This document shows positions 11,724 to 25,200 of a stretch of DNA of 64,000 nucleotides, in pieces. The stretch comes from Mobula birostris (lineage: Eukaryota). Both the position numbers and the translations under genes were made by a program. The first letter of the stretch is position 1, and the number at the start of each line of letters is the position of its first letter. Under the pieces are notes generated by a model. It worked only from the letters and a program-made list of their open reading frames with translations. It was not told the DNA's origin and made no database searches. The DNA is taken from assembly GCF_030028105.1 (NCBI RefSeq), contig NC_092372.1, positions 173,172,058 through 173,236,057 of the forward strand, in the 5' to 3' direction.

Positions 11724-13457
11724 GAGTAGCATGCAAAAGTTTGGGCACCCCGGTCAAAATTTCTGTTACTGTGAATAGTTAAGTGAGTAGAAGATGAACT
11801 GATCTCCAGAAGTCGTAAAGTTAAAGATGAAACATTCATTTCAACATTTTAAGCAAGATTAGTGTATTATTTTTGTTTTGTACAATTTTACAGTGAAAAA
11901 AAGGAAAGGAGCACAATTCAAAAGTTTGGGCACCCCAAGAGATTTGAGCTCTCAGATAACTTTTACCAAGGTCTCAGACCTTCATTAGCTTGTTAGGGCT
12001 ATGGCTTGTTCACAGTCATCATTAGGAAAGGCCAGGTGATGCAAATTTCAAAGCTTTATAAATACCCTGACTCCTCAAACCTTGTCCCAAGGGATTTAGA
12101 ATGTATGTCTAGTGCACATTCTGGAGCAGAGGGTGGCGGTAATGCACCATTAAGCTGGATGCCAACCGCCGTAAAACAAGATACAGACAGACAGACAGAC
12201 AAACCTTGTCCCAACAATCAGCAGAGATGGGCTCCTCTAAGCAGCTGCCTAGTACTCTGAAAATTCGAATAAATGATGCCCACAAAGCAGGAGAAGGCTA
12301 TAAGAAGATAGCAAAGCGTTTTCAGGTAGCCGTTTCCACGGTTTGTAATGTAATTAAGAAATGGCAGTTAACAAGAACGGTGGAGGTCAAGTTGAGGTCT
12401 AGAAGACCAAGGAAACTTTCCGAGAGAACTGCTCGTAGGATTGCTAGAAAGGCAAATCAAAACCCCAGTTTGACTGCAAAAGACCTCCAGGAAGATTTAG
12501 CAGACTCTAGAGTGGTGGTGCACTGTTCTACTGTGCAGCGACACCTGCACAAATATGACTTTCGTGGAAGAGTCATCGGAAGAAAATCTTTCCTGCATCC
12601 TCACCACAAAATTCAGTGTCAGAAGTTTGCAACAGAACATCTAAATAAGCTGGATGCATTTTGGAACAAGTCCTGTGGACTGATGAAGTTAAAATAGAAC
12701 TTTTTGGCTGCAATGAGTAAAGGTATGTTTGGAGGAAAAAAGGGTACAGAATTTCATGAAGAGAACACCTCTCCAACTGTTAAGCATGGGGGTGGATCGA
12801 ACATGCTTTGGGCTTGTATTGCAGCCAGTGGCACGGGGAATATTTCACTGGTAGAGGGAAGAATTAAATAGCAGCAAATTCTGGAAGCAAACATCAGACC
12901 ATCTGTAAAAAAGCTGAAGATGAAAAGAGGATGGCTTCTACAATAGGATGATCCTGAACACATCTCAAAATCCACAATGGACTACCTCAAGAGGCACAAG
13001 CTGAAGGTTTTGCCATGGCCCTCACAGTCCCCCGACCAAAACATCATCGAAAATCTGTGGATAGACCTCAAAAGAGCAGTGCATGCAAGACAGCTCAAGA
13101 ATCTCACCGAACTAGAAGCCTTTTGCAAGGAAGAATGGGTGAAAATCCCCCAAACAAGAATTGAAAGACACCTAGCTGGCTACAGAAAGCGTTTACAAGC
13201 TGTGATACTTGCCAAAGGGGGTGTTACTAAGTACTGACCATGCATGGTGACCAAACTTTTGTTTTGGGCCCTTTTCCTTTTTTGTTATTTTGAAACTGTA
13301 AAAGATGGAATTAAAAAAGTAATCTTGCTTAAAATATTAAAGAAATGTGTCATCTTTAACTTTATGCCTTTTGGAAATCAGGTCATTGTTTACTCACTTA
13401 GCTTTTCACAGTAACAGAAATTTTGACCAGGGGTGCCCAAACTTCTGCATGCCACTG
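11724..13457 (+). mobile_element. Tc1-family transposon with long IR/DR ends and a pseudogenised transposase (about 12227-13237)
   Basis: TIR cagtggcatgcaaaagtttgggcacccc with an inner direct repeat at about 11919 and 13246; right end cactg|ta. Protein motifs GEGYKKIAKRF (HTH), VLWTDE, VKHGGGS and WPSQSPDQNIIENLW. Frameshifts and stops. Splits an old CR1 3' remnant (about 11440-11660 and 13470-13680). Confidence 0.93.
12091..12199 (+). mobile_element. Very short 5'-truncated retroposon tail inserted into the Tc1
   Basis: 15-bp TSD caaaccttgtcccaa (12076-12090 and 12200-12214); GGCGGT..ACCGCC stem-loop; (CAGA)n tail. Confidence 0.75.
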
Positions 13458-13744
13458 TATCTATATAAATAAACACCAAGTGTAAGTGCTAGGAATGGGT
13501 TACTTGGTGTAGTAGTGGGAGCAGCAGCTTGGTGGAATTTGAGGCTTATGGATAGAGAATATGTTGGGAATGGAGGGATATGGATGATGCACAGGAAGAG
13601 GATGAGGATATTTAATATAAATTGGCACAATACCTGGAGTGAATGGCCTGTCCAGTGCTGTACTATTCTATTTCTTAATATTCTTCACCAACTCATTTGG
13701 CAAACCCAACTGATTATTGCAGATCAATGAATGAATTCCTGATT

Positions 13745-14085
13745 CTGTCCTGTCCAAGTTGCATGCCGTCTTGGACAATGTCTCCCATCCACTACATAAT
13801 GTACTGGTTGGGCACAGGAGTACATTCAGTCAGAGACTCATTCCACCGAGATACAACACTGAGCGTCATAGGGAGTCATTCCTGCCTGTGGCCATCAAAC
13901 TTTACAACTCCTCCCTTGGAGGGTCAGACACCCTGAGCCAATAGGCTGGTCCTGGACTTATTTCCTGGCATAATTTACATATTACTATTTAATTATTTAT
14001 GGTTTTATCACTATTTAATTATTTATTGTGCAACTGTAACGAAAACCAATTTCCCTCAGGATCAATAAAGTATGACTATGACTAT
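13745..14085 (+). mobile_element. Rex1/Babar LINE 3' end
   Basis: LDNVSHPLH..FSQRLIPPRYNTERHRESFLPVAIKLYN; caataaag followed by a (tatgac)n tail. Confidence 0.8.
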
Positions 14086-14339
14086 TCAATTACAAAATGG
14101 ATTACAAAATGTTTTCAGTAATTTCCAGCTCACCTTGACATATCTTACATGTTCATCAAATCCATTCCTGTACTGCTTCCATGAGTGGGGTTTCTCACAT
14201 CTGGAGAAGACTATAAGGACCACTCCTATCAAACACTTCCTAACAACCACACCCCAGCTAGTCTCCTGCCACTCTTGGTGCACAGCTCCTCTCTTCTGAC
14301 ATACTAAAGATATCTCTAATGCGGACTTCCTCATCCCTT

Positions 14340-15570
14340 TTAAGGGATCTGGGAATCAAATTCCTCCATGGTAGCCACAAGGGAGGAGTTGGCCAAAGTT
14401 AGTTGCAAGGGGACACTAACACAAATGATGACAGAACAGCAATGACTTGAATTTCTGGGGGCAATTTGGAAGGCACAGGAAAGATACATCCCAAAGATGA
14501 AGAAGTATTCTAAAGGGAGGGTGTAGAAACTGTGGGTGACAAGGGAATGCAAAAACCAAAGTAAAAAAAAACATAAGGAGAGAAAAGATGAAGGTAAGCT
14601 AGCCAAAACTATCAAAGGGGGTATCAAGTATTTATTCAGAAATATAAAGTGGGAAAAAAACAGCACGAATGGATATTGGACCACTGAAAAAAAGATGCTG
14701 GAGAGGTAGTAATAGGGGACAAAGAAATGGTAAAGGAACATAGTAAGTATTTTGCATTGATCTTCACTGTGGAAGAGACTGGTAGTATGCCAAAAATTTG
14801 AGTGTGTCAGGGTAGAAGTGAGTGCAGTTGCTATTACTAAGCAGGAGGGGCCTGGTCAGCTCAAAGGTCTGAAGGTAGATACATCACCTGGACCAGATGG
14901 ACTACACCCCAGGGTTCTGAAAGAGGTAGCTGAAGAAACTCTGGAGGCACAAATAATGATGTTTCAAGAATCACTAGATTCTGGAATGGTTCAGAGGACT
15001 GCAAAATTGCAAATGTCACTCCACTCTTTAAGCAGGGAGGGAGGCAGTAGAAAGGAATTTATAGGCCAGTTAGCCTGACTTCAGTGGTTGGGAAGAAGTT
15101 GGAGTCCATCATTAAGGATGATGTTTCAGGGTACTTGGAGGTGCATGACAAAATAACCCAAAGTCAGCATGGTTTCCTTGAGGGAAATCTTGCCTGACAA
15201 ATCTGTTGGTATTCGTTGAGGAAATAACAGGTAGGATAGATAAAGGAGAGTCAGTGGATGTTGTTTACTTTGATTGTCAGAAGACCTTTGACGAAGTGCT
15301 GCAAATGATAAGAGTCCATGGTATTACAGGGAAGATATTAGCATGGATAGACAATTGGCTGATGGGCAGGAGGCAACAAAACCAGAATAAAGGGGACCTT
15401 TTTTTATTGGTTTCTGATGACATGTAGACCTGCAAATATGTCAACACTTGGATAATGGAACCAATGGCTTTGTGGCCAAGCTTGTAGACGAAACAAAGAT
15501 AGATGGAATGGCAGGTCGTGCTGAGGATGCAAGGGGTCTGCAGAAGAACTTGGACAGATTGGAGTATTGT
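14340..15570 (+). mobile_element. CR1 ORF2 fragment, decayed
   Basis: LKVDTSPGPDGLHPRVLKEVAEE and DKGESVDVVYFDCQKTFD. Confidence 0.85.
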
Positions 15571-16434
15571 GTGTAGTTTATATTTTAAAAATTTTGTAAT
15601 ACAACATGCCCTTCGAGCCATGCCACCACTGAGCACAAGACATCCTAATTTTCTACTGTTTAACCAAGCAGAAGATAATAAGTGTTCATATTAATAGGCT
15701 TTATCAACACCAATCATTATAATGCAGTGAGGGTAAAAGTGATTTAATGAATTCTCTGTCTTGTGGCTACATTTCAGCAAAAACAGAAAAAACTTATAAT
15801 TGTATAATAGCTTGTACTAGAACTTTAGTCTACCAAATAACCAGTGTCTTCCAGAAATGTAAAAGACAAAATGAGGTTACGTTGATATAAAGATAAGTCT
15901 TGAATGCAAATTTTTGTCTTCTCAGTGAATGGATTCCATTTTATTTGCAAATTTTATGAAGATTTTGAAAGCAAAGTATTCCTTCATTAGTTGTTGTTAT
16001 ACCAAGAGTTTGAGGAATTTAATGCTAATAAGGAAGGTGTTCTTCCCTCCACAGACACTCACACCCAAGTCGTTTTCATTGTTGTGAAAGGCACTGGCAG
16101 TTATAATTTGTTTTTTTGTAGCTTTGCTGTTATCAATTATGATGTACCAAATTGTATAACAAATACATTCTGATTTGGTTAGGAATGACTCATTTATTTA
16201 AATTAAACTTCTTCGAAGCACAGGTGGTAGAGGCACACCTTGTCCAGATACAGATTTATGATAATAATTGAAGTGAAATCCTGCTCATCCTTCCTATTAA
16301 TTTGGGTTAACGATTAATAGATTATAGGAGTTACACAGCTGTGGTGGAAAAGTACTGCTTAGCAACTGGGTATTAATGGTTCATCTTGAGTGAAATAGTT
16401 CAGTGCCAGGTTCACTTCACAACAACTAATTACT

Positions 16435-16930
16435 CACTCCGAGGTTGGAGGAACAACACCTTACATTTCGTCTAGGTTGCCTCCAACCTGAGGTCATGAA
16501 CATAGTTTTCTCCAACTTCCACACCTCTCCCCCCACCCCCGCTTCTCTCGTCTTCAATTCCCCCTTACCTCTTTTCTTTTCCTCACCTGCCTATCACCTT
16601 CCCCTGGTGCCCCTTCACCTTCACTTTCTTCATGGTCCACTCTCCTCTCAGATTCCTTCTTCTCCAGCCCTTTACTTTTCCGCTTCCCAGCTTCACTTCA
16701 TCAGTCCTGCCCATGTCACTTCACCTATCACCTTCTAGCCTATACTATACCCCTTCCCTTTCCTCCATCTTCTTCCGTCCTCCTTTCCAGTCTTGATGAA
16801 GGGTCTTGGCCTGAAATATCAACCGTTTGATGCCAACATGCTGCCTAACCTGCCGAGTTCCTACAGCATGTATGCTTTCCATACATGCTGCCTAACCTGC
16901 CGAGTTCCTACAGCATTTTGTGTGTGTTGC
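16435..16930 (+). mobile_element. PLE 3' fragment with decayed hammerhead (16789-16824)
   Basis: LEEQHLTFRLGCLQPEVMNIVFSNF (GIY-YIG C-terminus), pyrimidine-rich UTR, terminal repeat. Confidence 0.8.
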
Positions 16931-17919
16931 ACATCTATGCAAATATTTCTAAGTTTTAACATCACATGATCCAGTGCTCTCAACTGTTCTTCATTAACGG
17001 CAAGCACTGGAAAGAATTAGCATTGTAGTCACAATTGCACATTCGTTAGTGCTGACAGTGGAATGTGCACCTTACAAAACTTCTGCAATTGAATAAAAAT
17101 GCACTCTGTAATGTCCAGACAGCTCAGTTTAGCAGTGACAAGTTAACTCATCCAGGACCATGACCAAATCTTAGCAAGTGCCAAATTAACTAATTTTGAG
17201 CAATTTGCATTATCTGCCCAGCCAAGCAGGGGAATGGAGAAAAGGGTTCATTTGGTGTGTTCAAGGAGGCTTATGCACAAATATGGAGCAAATGGAAGAA
17301 GTGTCCAAAGAGCAACCAAGACGCTATATGCCAGAAAACTGTTTGAAACTTAAGGGAAATAAAAAACAGGCACAAAAAAAATAGAACAAAATTACACAGG
17401 ATTTGTCAACTAGGTCCCTCAAGCCTGCCCCACCATTCAATATGGTAATAGCTAATCTACCGCAGGCCTCAAATGTTCTTGTGTCAGTTCCCCACAACTC
17501 TTGATCTTTCAACTATTTATCTGTCTCTACTTTAGATGTATCTAGTAATTCATCACACTATTTTTCTTGCCTTTTTTCTCTCCCTCAAAGTGTCAAACTA
17601 CTTGCTCACTACCCTCTGAGAAAAGAAGGTTGTGTACACCCCAATTTTAGCTGATTGGCCTCTATTTTGCAGCAATATCCCCTTGTTTGTAGTTCTCCCA
17701 CTAGTGTAAATATTTCAAAATATTTCAACCCCCTCCCCCAATCTTTAAAGTTTAAACCTGTTCATCCTCATAGGCATATAAACCTAAACTGTATAGATTC
17801 TTTTGGTTAGGACAACCTCAACCAAGGAATTAACCTGGTGAATCTCCTATGGACCAACAACAGTTAATAAAACTCTATAATGGTTCATAATGCATTACCT
17901 TTGTCAAATAATCATCTTC

Positions 17920-20900
17920 CTCGGCAGTTGATCGGGGCAGGACTGCGCAAGCACGTTTAAGTCGGACTGTGAGGCAGCGGGAGTATTTTAAAAGAGAGCA
18001 GTTTGCCGGAGCGGGCGACGGAGTAGAGGGAGACAGAGTAGGAAGGCTTTGTATCAAGTGGCTTCGGCAAGCAGAGGCTGAGGACGAGCTTCACTCCAAG
18101 TGAGGTAAGGCCGGGTAAGTTCCTTTAAAAGGAGAACGGTCTGCAGCGGTATTTTATTTGAAGCAAGGAAGGTGGCGCGACTGTAGCGTATTGGGTAGGT
18201 CATGACAGCTGAGATCGGCCCCGTGGTTTGTTCATCCTGCAGCATGTGGGAAATCAGGGATACTTCCAGTGTCCCTGACGACTATGTGTGCAGGAAACGT
18301 GTCCATCTGCAGCTTCTGGCAGACCGCACTGAGCGGCTGGAGCTGCGACTGGATTCATACTGGAGCATCCGCGATGCTGAGAAAGTCGTGAATAGCACGT
18401 TCAGTGAGTTGGCCACACCGCAGGTAAAGGCTACACAGGCAGAAAGGGAATGGGTGGCCACTAGACAGCGTAGCAGTAGGCAGGTAGTGCAGGAGTCCCC
18501 TGAGGTCATCTCCCTCCTAAACAGACATACTGTTTTGGATACTGTTGGGGGAGATGTCTCATCAGGGAAGGCAGCAGCAGCCGAGTTCATGGCACCATGG
18601 GTGGCTCTGCGGCACAGGAGAGAAGGAAAAGGAGTGGGAGAGCTATAGTGATAGGAGATTCAATTGTAAGGGGGAATAGATAGGTGTTTCTGTGGCCACA
18701 AACGAGACTCCAGGAGGGTATGTTGCCTCCCTGGTGTAAGGGTCAAGGATGTCCCTGAGCAGCTGCAGGACATTCTGGAGTGGGAGGGTGAGCAGCCAGT
18801 GGTCGTGGTGCACATAGGTACCAACAATATAGGTAAAAAACGGGATGAGGTTCTACAAGGTGAATTTTGAGAGTTAGGAGATAAACTAAAAAGTAGGACC
18901 ACAAAGGTAGTAATCTCTGGATTACTACCAGTGCCACGTGCTAGTCAGAGTAGAAATAGGAGGATATATCAGATGAATACATGGCTTGAAAAATGGTGCA
19001 AGGGGGAGGGATTCAAATTTCTGGGGCATTGGAACCAGTTCTGGAAGAGGTGGGACCGGTACAAACAGCACGGTCTGCACCTGGGCTGGACTGGAACCAA
19101 TGTCCTAGGGGGAGCGTTTGCTACTGTTGTTCAGGAGGATTTAAACTAATGTGGCAGGGGGATGGAAACAAGTGCAGAGAGACAGAGGGGTGTAAAATGA
19201 GGGTAGAAGCAAAAAGTAGTAAGGTGAAAAGTAAAAGTGGCAGGCTGGCAAATCCAGGACAAAAATCAAAAAGGGCCACTTTTCAACATAATTGTATAAG
19301 GGCTAAGAGTGTTGTAAAAGCAAGCCTGAAGGCTTTGTGTGTCAATACAAGGAGCATTCGTAACAAGGTGGATGAATTGAAAGTGCAGATAGTTATTAAT
19401 GAATATGATATAGTTGGGATCACAGAGACATGGCCCCAGGGTGACCAAGGATGGGAGCTCAACATTCAGGGATATTCAATATTCAGGAGGGATAGACATG
19501 AAAGAAAAGGAAGTGGGGTAGCATTGCTGGTTAGAGAGGAGATTAATGCAATAGAAGGGAAGGACATTAGCCGGGAGGATTTGGAATCGATATGGGTAGA
19601 GCTGCATAACACTAAGGGGCAGAAAACGCTGGTGGGAGTTGTGTACAGGCCACCTAACAGTAGTAGTGAGGTTGGGGATGGCATTAAACAGGAAATTAGA
19701 AATGCGTGCAATAAAGGAACAGCAGTTATAATGGGTGACTTCAATCTACATATAGATTGGGTGAACCAAATTGGTAAGGGTGCTGAGGAAGAGGAGTTCT
19801 TGGAATGTATGCAGGATGGTTTTCTGAACCAACGTGTCGAGGAACCAACTAGACAGCAGGCCATTCTAGACTGGGTATTGAGCAATGAGGAAGGGTTAAT
19901 TAGCAATCTTGTCTTTAGAGGCCCCTTGAGTAAGAGTGACCACAATATGGTGGAATTCTTCATTAAGATGGAGAGTGACATAGTTAATTCAGAAACAAAG
20001 GTTCTGAACTTAAAGAAGGGTAATACTGAAGGTATGAGACGTGAATTAGCTAAGATAGACTGGCAAATAATAATTAAAGGGTTGACGGTGGATATGCAAT
20101 TGCAAGCATTTAAAGATCGCATGCATGAACTACAATAATTGTTCATCCCAGTTTGGCAAAAGAATAAACCAGGAAAGATAGTGCACCCTTGGCTGATAAG
20201 GGAAATTAGGGATAGTATCAATTCCAAAGAAGAAACATACAAATTAGCCAGAAAAAGCAGCACACCTGAGGACTGGGAGAAATTCAGAGTCCAGCAGAGG
20301 AGGACAAAAGGCTTAATTAGGAAAGGGAAAAAAGATTATGAGAGAAAATTGGCAGGGAACATAAAAACTGACTGTAAAAGCTTTTATAGATATGTGAAAA
20401 GAAAAAGATTGGTTAAGACAAATGTAGGTCCCTTACAGTCAGAAACAGGTGAATTGATCATGGGGAACAAGGACACGGCAGACCTCTCTTCACTAAGGAG
20501 GACATAAATAATCTTCCGGAAATAGTAGGGGACCGAGGGTCTAGTGAGATGGAGGAACTGAGGGAAATACGTGTTAGTAGGGAAGTGGTCTTAGGTAAAT
20601 TGGAGGGATTAAAGGCAGATGAATTCCCAGGGCCAGATGGTCTGCATCCCAAAGTGTTTAAGGAAGTAGCCCAAGAAATAGTGGATGCATTAGTGATAAT
20701 TTTTCAAAACTCTTTAGGTTCTAGACTAGTTCCTGAGGATTGGAGGGTGGCTAATGTAACCCCACTTTTTAAAAAAGGAGGGAGAGAGAAACCGGGGAAT
20801 TATAGACCGGTTAACCTAACATCGGTGGTGGGGAAGATGCTAGAATCAGTTATCAAAGATTATCAAACAGCACATTTGGAAAGCGGTGAAATCATCGGAC

Positions 20901-22200
20901 CAAGTCAGCATGGATTTGTGAAAGGAAAATCATATCTGACCAATCTCAGAATTTTTTGAGGATGTAACTAGTAGAGTGGATAGGTGAGAACCAGTGGATG
21001 TGGTATATTTGGATTTTTAAAAGGCTTTTGACAAGGTCCCACACAGGAGATTAGTGTGCAAACTTACAGCACACGGTATTGGGGGTAAGGTATTGATGTG
21101 GATAGAGAATTGGTTGGCAGATAGGAAGCAAAGAGTGGGAACAAATGGGACCTTTTCAGAATGGCAGGCAGACTAGTGGGGTACCGCAAGGCTCAGTGCT
21201 GGGACCCCAGTTGTTTACAATATATATTAATGACTTAGACGAGGGAATTAAATACAGCATCTCCAAGTTTGCGGATGACACGAAGCTGGGTGGCAGTGTT
21301 AGCTGTGAGGAGGATGCTAAGAGGATGCAGGGTGACTTGGATAGGTTGGGTGAGTGGGCAAATTCATGGCAGATGCAATTTAATGTGGATAAATGTGAGG
21401 TTATCCACTTTGGTAGCAAAAACAGGAAAACAGATTATTATCTGAATGGTGGCCGATTAGGAAAAGGGGAGGTGCAACGAGACCTGGGTGTCATTGTACA
21501 CCGGTCATTGAAAGTGGGCATGCAGGTACAGCAGGCAGTGAAAAAGGCGAATGGTATGCTGGCATTCATAGCAAGAGGATTCGAGTACAGGAGCAGGGAG
21601 GTACTACTGCAGTTGTACAAGGCCTTGGTGAGACCACACCTGGAGTATTGTGTGCAGTTTTGGTCCCCTAATCTGAGGAGAGACATTCTTGCCATAGAGG
21701 GAGTACAAAGAAGGTTCACCAGATTGATTCCTGGGATGGCAGGACTTTCATACGATGAAAGACTGGATCGACTAGGCTTATACTTGCTGGAATTTAGAAG
21801 ATTGAGGGGGGATCTTATTGAAATGTATAAAATTCTAAAGGAATTGAACAGGCTAGATGCAGGAAGATTGTTCCTGATTTTGGGGAAGTCCAGAACGAGG
21901 GGTCACAGTTTGAGGATAAAGGGGAAGCCTTTTAGGACCGAGTTGAGGAAAATCTTCTTCACACAGAGAGTGGTGAATCTGTGGAATTCTCTGCCACAGG
22001 AAACAGTTGAGGCCAGTTCATTGGCTATATTTAAGAGGGAGTTAGATATGGTCCTTGTAGCTAAAGGGATCGGGGGTATGGAGAGAAGGCAGGTACAGGG
22101 TTCTGAGTTGGATGATCAGCCATGATCATACTGAATGGCGGTGCAGGCTCGAAGAGCCGAATGGCCTACTCCTGCACCTATTTTCTATGTTTTCTATGTC
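17920..22200 (+). mobile_element. Full-length CR1 LINE, mildly decayed
   Basis: ORF1 about 18202-19149: CSSCSMWE..YVCRKR Zn finger, VIGDS, HIGTNN and GLHL (SGNH esterase). ORF2 about 19150-22125: GITETW, VYRPP, MGDFN, SDHN, GVPQGSVLGP, FADD. 3' end ggcctactcctgcacctatt(ttctatgt)n. Several stops and frameshifts. Confidence 0.95.
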
Positions 22201-25200
22201 TATAACTTTCTTCTTTGACTGCCTCTCATTAGTTTAAGGACTTCCCTAGCAAGTACAAAGGTGCTGCTCTTTAGCTCTGTTCATTTCCTACTACTGTGCA
22301 TCATTGAAAAAAGGTCCGGTTCCCAACATTAATTAATACACCATATCAATTACCACATACTTTTAAAAATCTGGTTGCTTAATTGTTTTTAGTGCAGTAA
22401 TGCTTGAGCCTTTGACGGTGCTAGATTGGCAAATTTTCCAGATGATTGGATGTTATTAAATATCACAATACATTTAATTGTCTTCACACAGTACAATGTT
22501 CCAGTGAATCTGGGGAGCTTAAAGGGAGCTTAAAGGGAGCATCATCCTGTGAGCCAGGTATTGAATCATCAGGATTTCAGGAGCAGATTATCAAAATATT
22601 ATTCAGTTTTGGAAATTTCCAAAGGAAACTTTCATGTATTGTGCATCATCCGACCATCTCTCCCTATCTGCGATGGGATGTTTGGATGGAAATGCCTTTA
22701 ATCATCCTTGGGTGATCTGCACCAGGCAAGTGCAATCCGTTTTTGTAGGTTAGTAGTGAAGATGGGTGATTCATTAACAAGATAGATATTGGCAAGATTC
22801 TGCTCTCTGGTTGGAAATTCTAGCAGCAGGGGTCAGGATCTTACAACAAGGGTGTTGCCATTCTTTATTATGATATGGCTAATTTGTTTTTACTCCAAAA
22901 TGTATCTTTGGAATTAACTATCCCAAAATGTACATGAATCGATGCTTACAAGTAAAATAATGCCATGAATACTCAGAAAATCAAGAGCAGCTGTAGGCAG
23001 AAAAATATTACTAGCTGATGACTTTCTGTCAGAACTAGCCAGTTTCTACGTAACCTGAAAAGGCTGGTGACTTAAAATTGTTGAATTCAGCATTGAGGAG
23101 TGGTGCAATATGCCAGGCTGGAAAATGCTGTTCTTCTATGTTGAGCTTTATTGGAAAACTGCAGGAGGCCAAGAGAGGTCAGAGTTGAGAAGGAATGGAG
23201 AATTTAAAAATAATGTATTCCAGCATACCTAGAGAACTAAAGACGGTGGAGATGCTATGGGAAGCAATAAAGGCAACACAAACATACTTTATTGAATGAA
23301 GCAAGCTTGAAGGAGTGAACTGTCAACTCTTACTCCTGTGTTTCATATTCTTTTCAGGAATCTCAATGCTAAACACATAGTCCATGAGGAACCTTGCTAC
23401 AGAATCAGTTATGTGTGCAATAGAAATTAGATATTGTGAACATAATACATTTTTTCCTGAAGCTATAATGAATTAAAATATAATTGTGTGAAAAGTCACC
23501 AGCCCAGAATTTGCTAAATCATAATTCTTCTTAGGCATTCTCTTAAGATGACGTATTTCTACCGTTTTTTTTGGGGGGGAGGGGTCATGGTTCTAAGCTA
23601 GCTACTGTAATAGGGGCTAATGTTGAAAGGCAGGGAGGTAGTTGGTGCACTCTTTTTACCACTTAGGCAGGGCTTCTGTGAACCACTAATTCATACCACA
23701 GGGTTCTCAATACCATCCCAAATGTTCATTCTGCCCTCTGAACAATTATGGGCTAGAGGATACCTTGAGCCACTGGAAATGTTGATTTTTCAAGGAAATT
23801 TTGAAGACGACATCTTTGAATCCTTTTCCCTGATCACCTGGTAATCACCTCCCAACAGAGAAAAGATTGCCTACTTGAATGTGGTATTGGGTGCGTGAAT
23901 GACTTGGCCTGCCAAGTGTAGCCAACTGAGGAAGAACTGGGGATACCTACCTGAAATCAATTTTAGTTCATTTGTTCTTCCAATGAGTTGAGAGTTTTGT
24001 GCTCTGTGATGTTTGCTGTGAGTCTCTGGAGCATAGAGTAGGGCAGGGCTTATACCTGACCCATTTACCACATATTTTGTGCTAGGTTAGAGGTTTCAAT
24101 CTTCAAATACCCTCTGTAATAATATGTTACTGTGACCCAAACAACCAATGCCTTTTGGCCTACTGAAAACCAATTCCAGGCTGACTTTCATTGATTAGCC
24201 ATTGTTCCTATCAACATCTCAAATGTTCTTGGGTAACTATTTAGATATTCATGTTTTGGAATGTATTGTTGAGGTTTTGAATTTTTTGTAGTTGTGTGCT
24301 TTTATTGAGTAAAGGGTTATTTTAAGTTCCGGCTTTATCCTGTCTCCTAGCTTAAGGTCTCATCTGTAGCTATAGTTCAGTGAGCACAACAAATTAGTGC
24401 CAAGGTGCTGTATTATATCAACATGGCAATTTCAGTAGAAGACTTACTCCAATTCTACAACAGCAGCAAGCACAATTTGAGGTGACCTGGCTTAAGTTAC
24501 TCGAAATCTTGACCAGCAGGTTATCAGCAAGTCCAAAGTCAGTGTCAAACACTGAACAAAACTCATGTGAGTCAGTTGTTGCATCCATTACCAACTTCAA
24601 ATTCAATGACTCTTCAGGAGTTACGTTTGAATCATGGTTCAAATGTTACAAAGGTATATTTCGGGTCAAGATGACTCGTGGATGACATGCACTTTGCTCC
24701 GAAAATTAGGTACTGCTGAACATGAGCGTTCAGTTTCATTCTGCCTAAGAACCCACATGACCAATTATTTGGCAAAACTGTCTGACAAATAACAAGCAAT
24801 TTTAGGGAACAGTCATCTCCCTTCAATGTTCAATACATTGCCCAAAACTTGTTAAACACAATGCCGATGACTTAATCAGATTTACCAAAGTCATCAATGG
24901 CGAATGTGAAAAGTTCAAACTGGTTCACGTGACTGAATGACAGTTCTAATGTCTGATTTTTATTTGTGGACTTCAAGCACCTGGTGATGCAGACATTTGA
25001 CAACAGCTCCTGGCCAGACTTGAACAAGACCCTGATATGACTTTGCAAGCTACCACTCAAGAACGTTAGAGTTTGATCAACTTGAAAGATGATTACAACC
25101 TGATCAGACAGAACCACATCAATGCGGTTTCCAATTGCCCACATATCAATCAGCAGGTCTCCAAGTGGCCAAAACACAGCTTGTTGAAACTGTGGTGCAT

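Noticed and set aside
18202-19149. SGNH/GDSL esterase as a captured host or bacterial gene
   Set aside because: An esterase domain is an established component of CR1 ORF1.
19466-20263. 265-aa minus-strand ORF, and similar ORFs at 1157-1555 and 37063-37467
   Set aside because: Antisense shadows of CR1 ORF2 with no independent motif.
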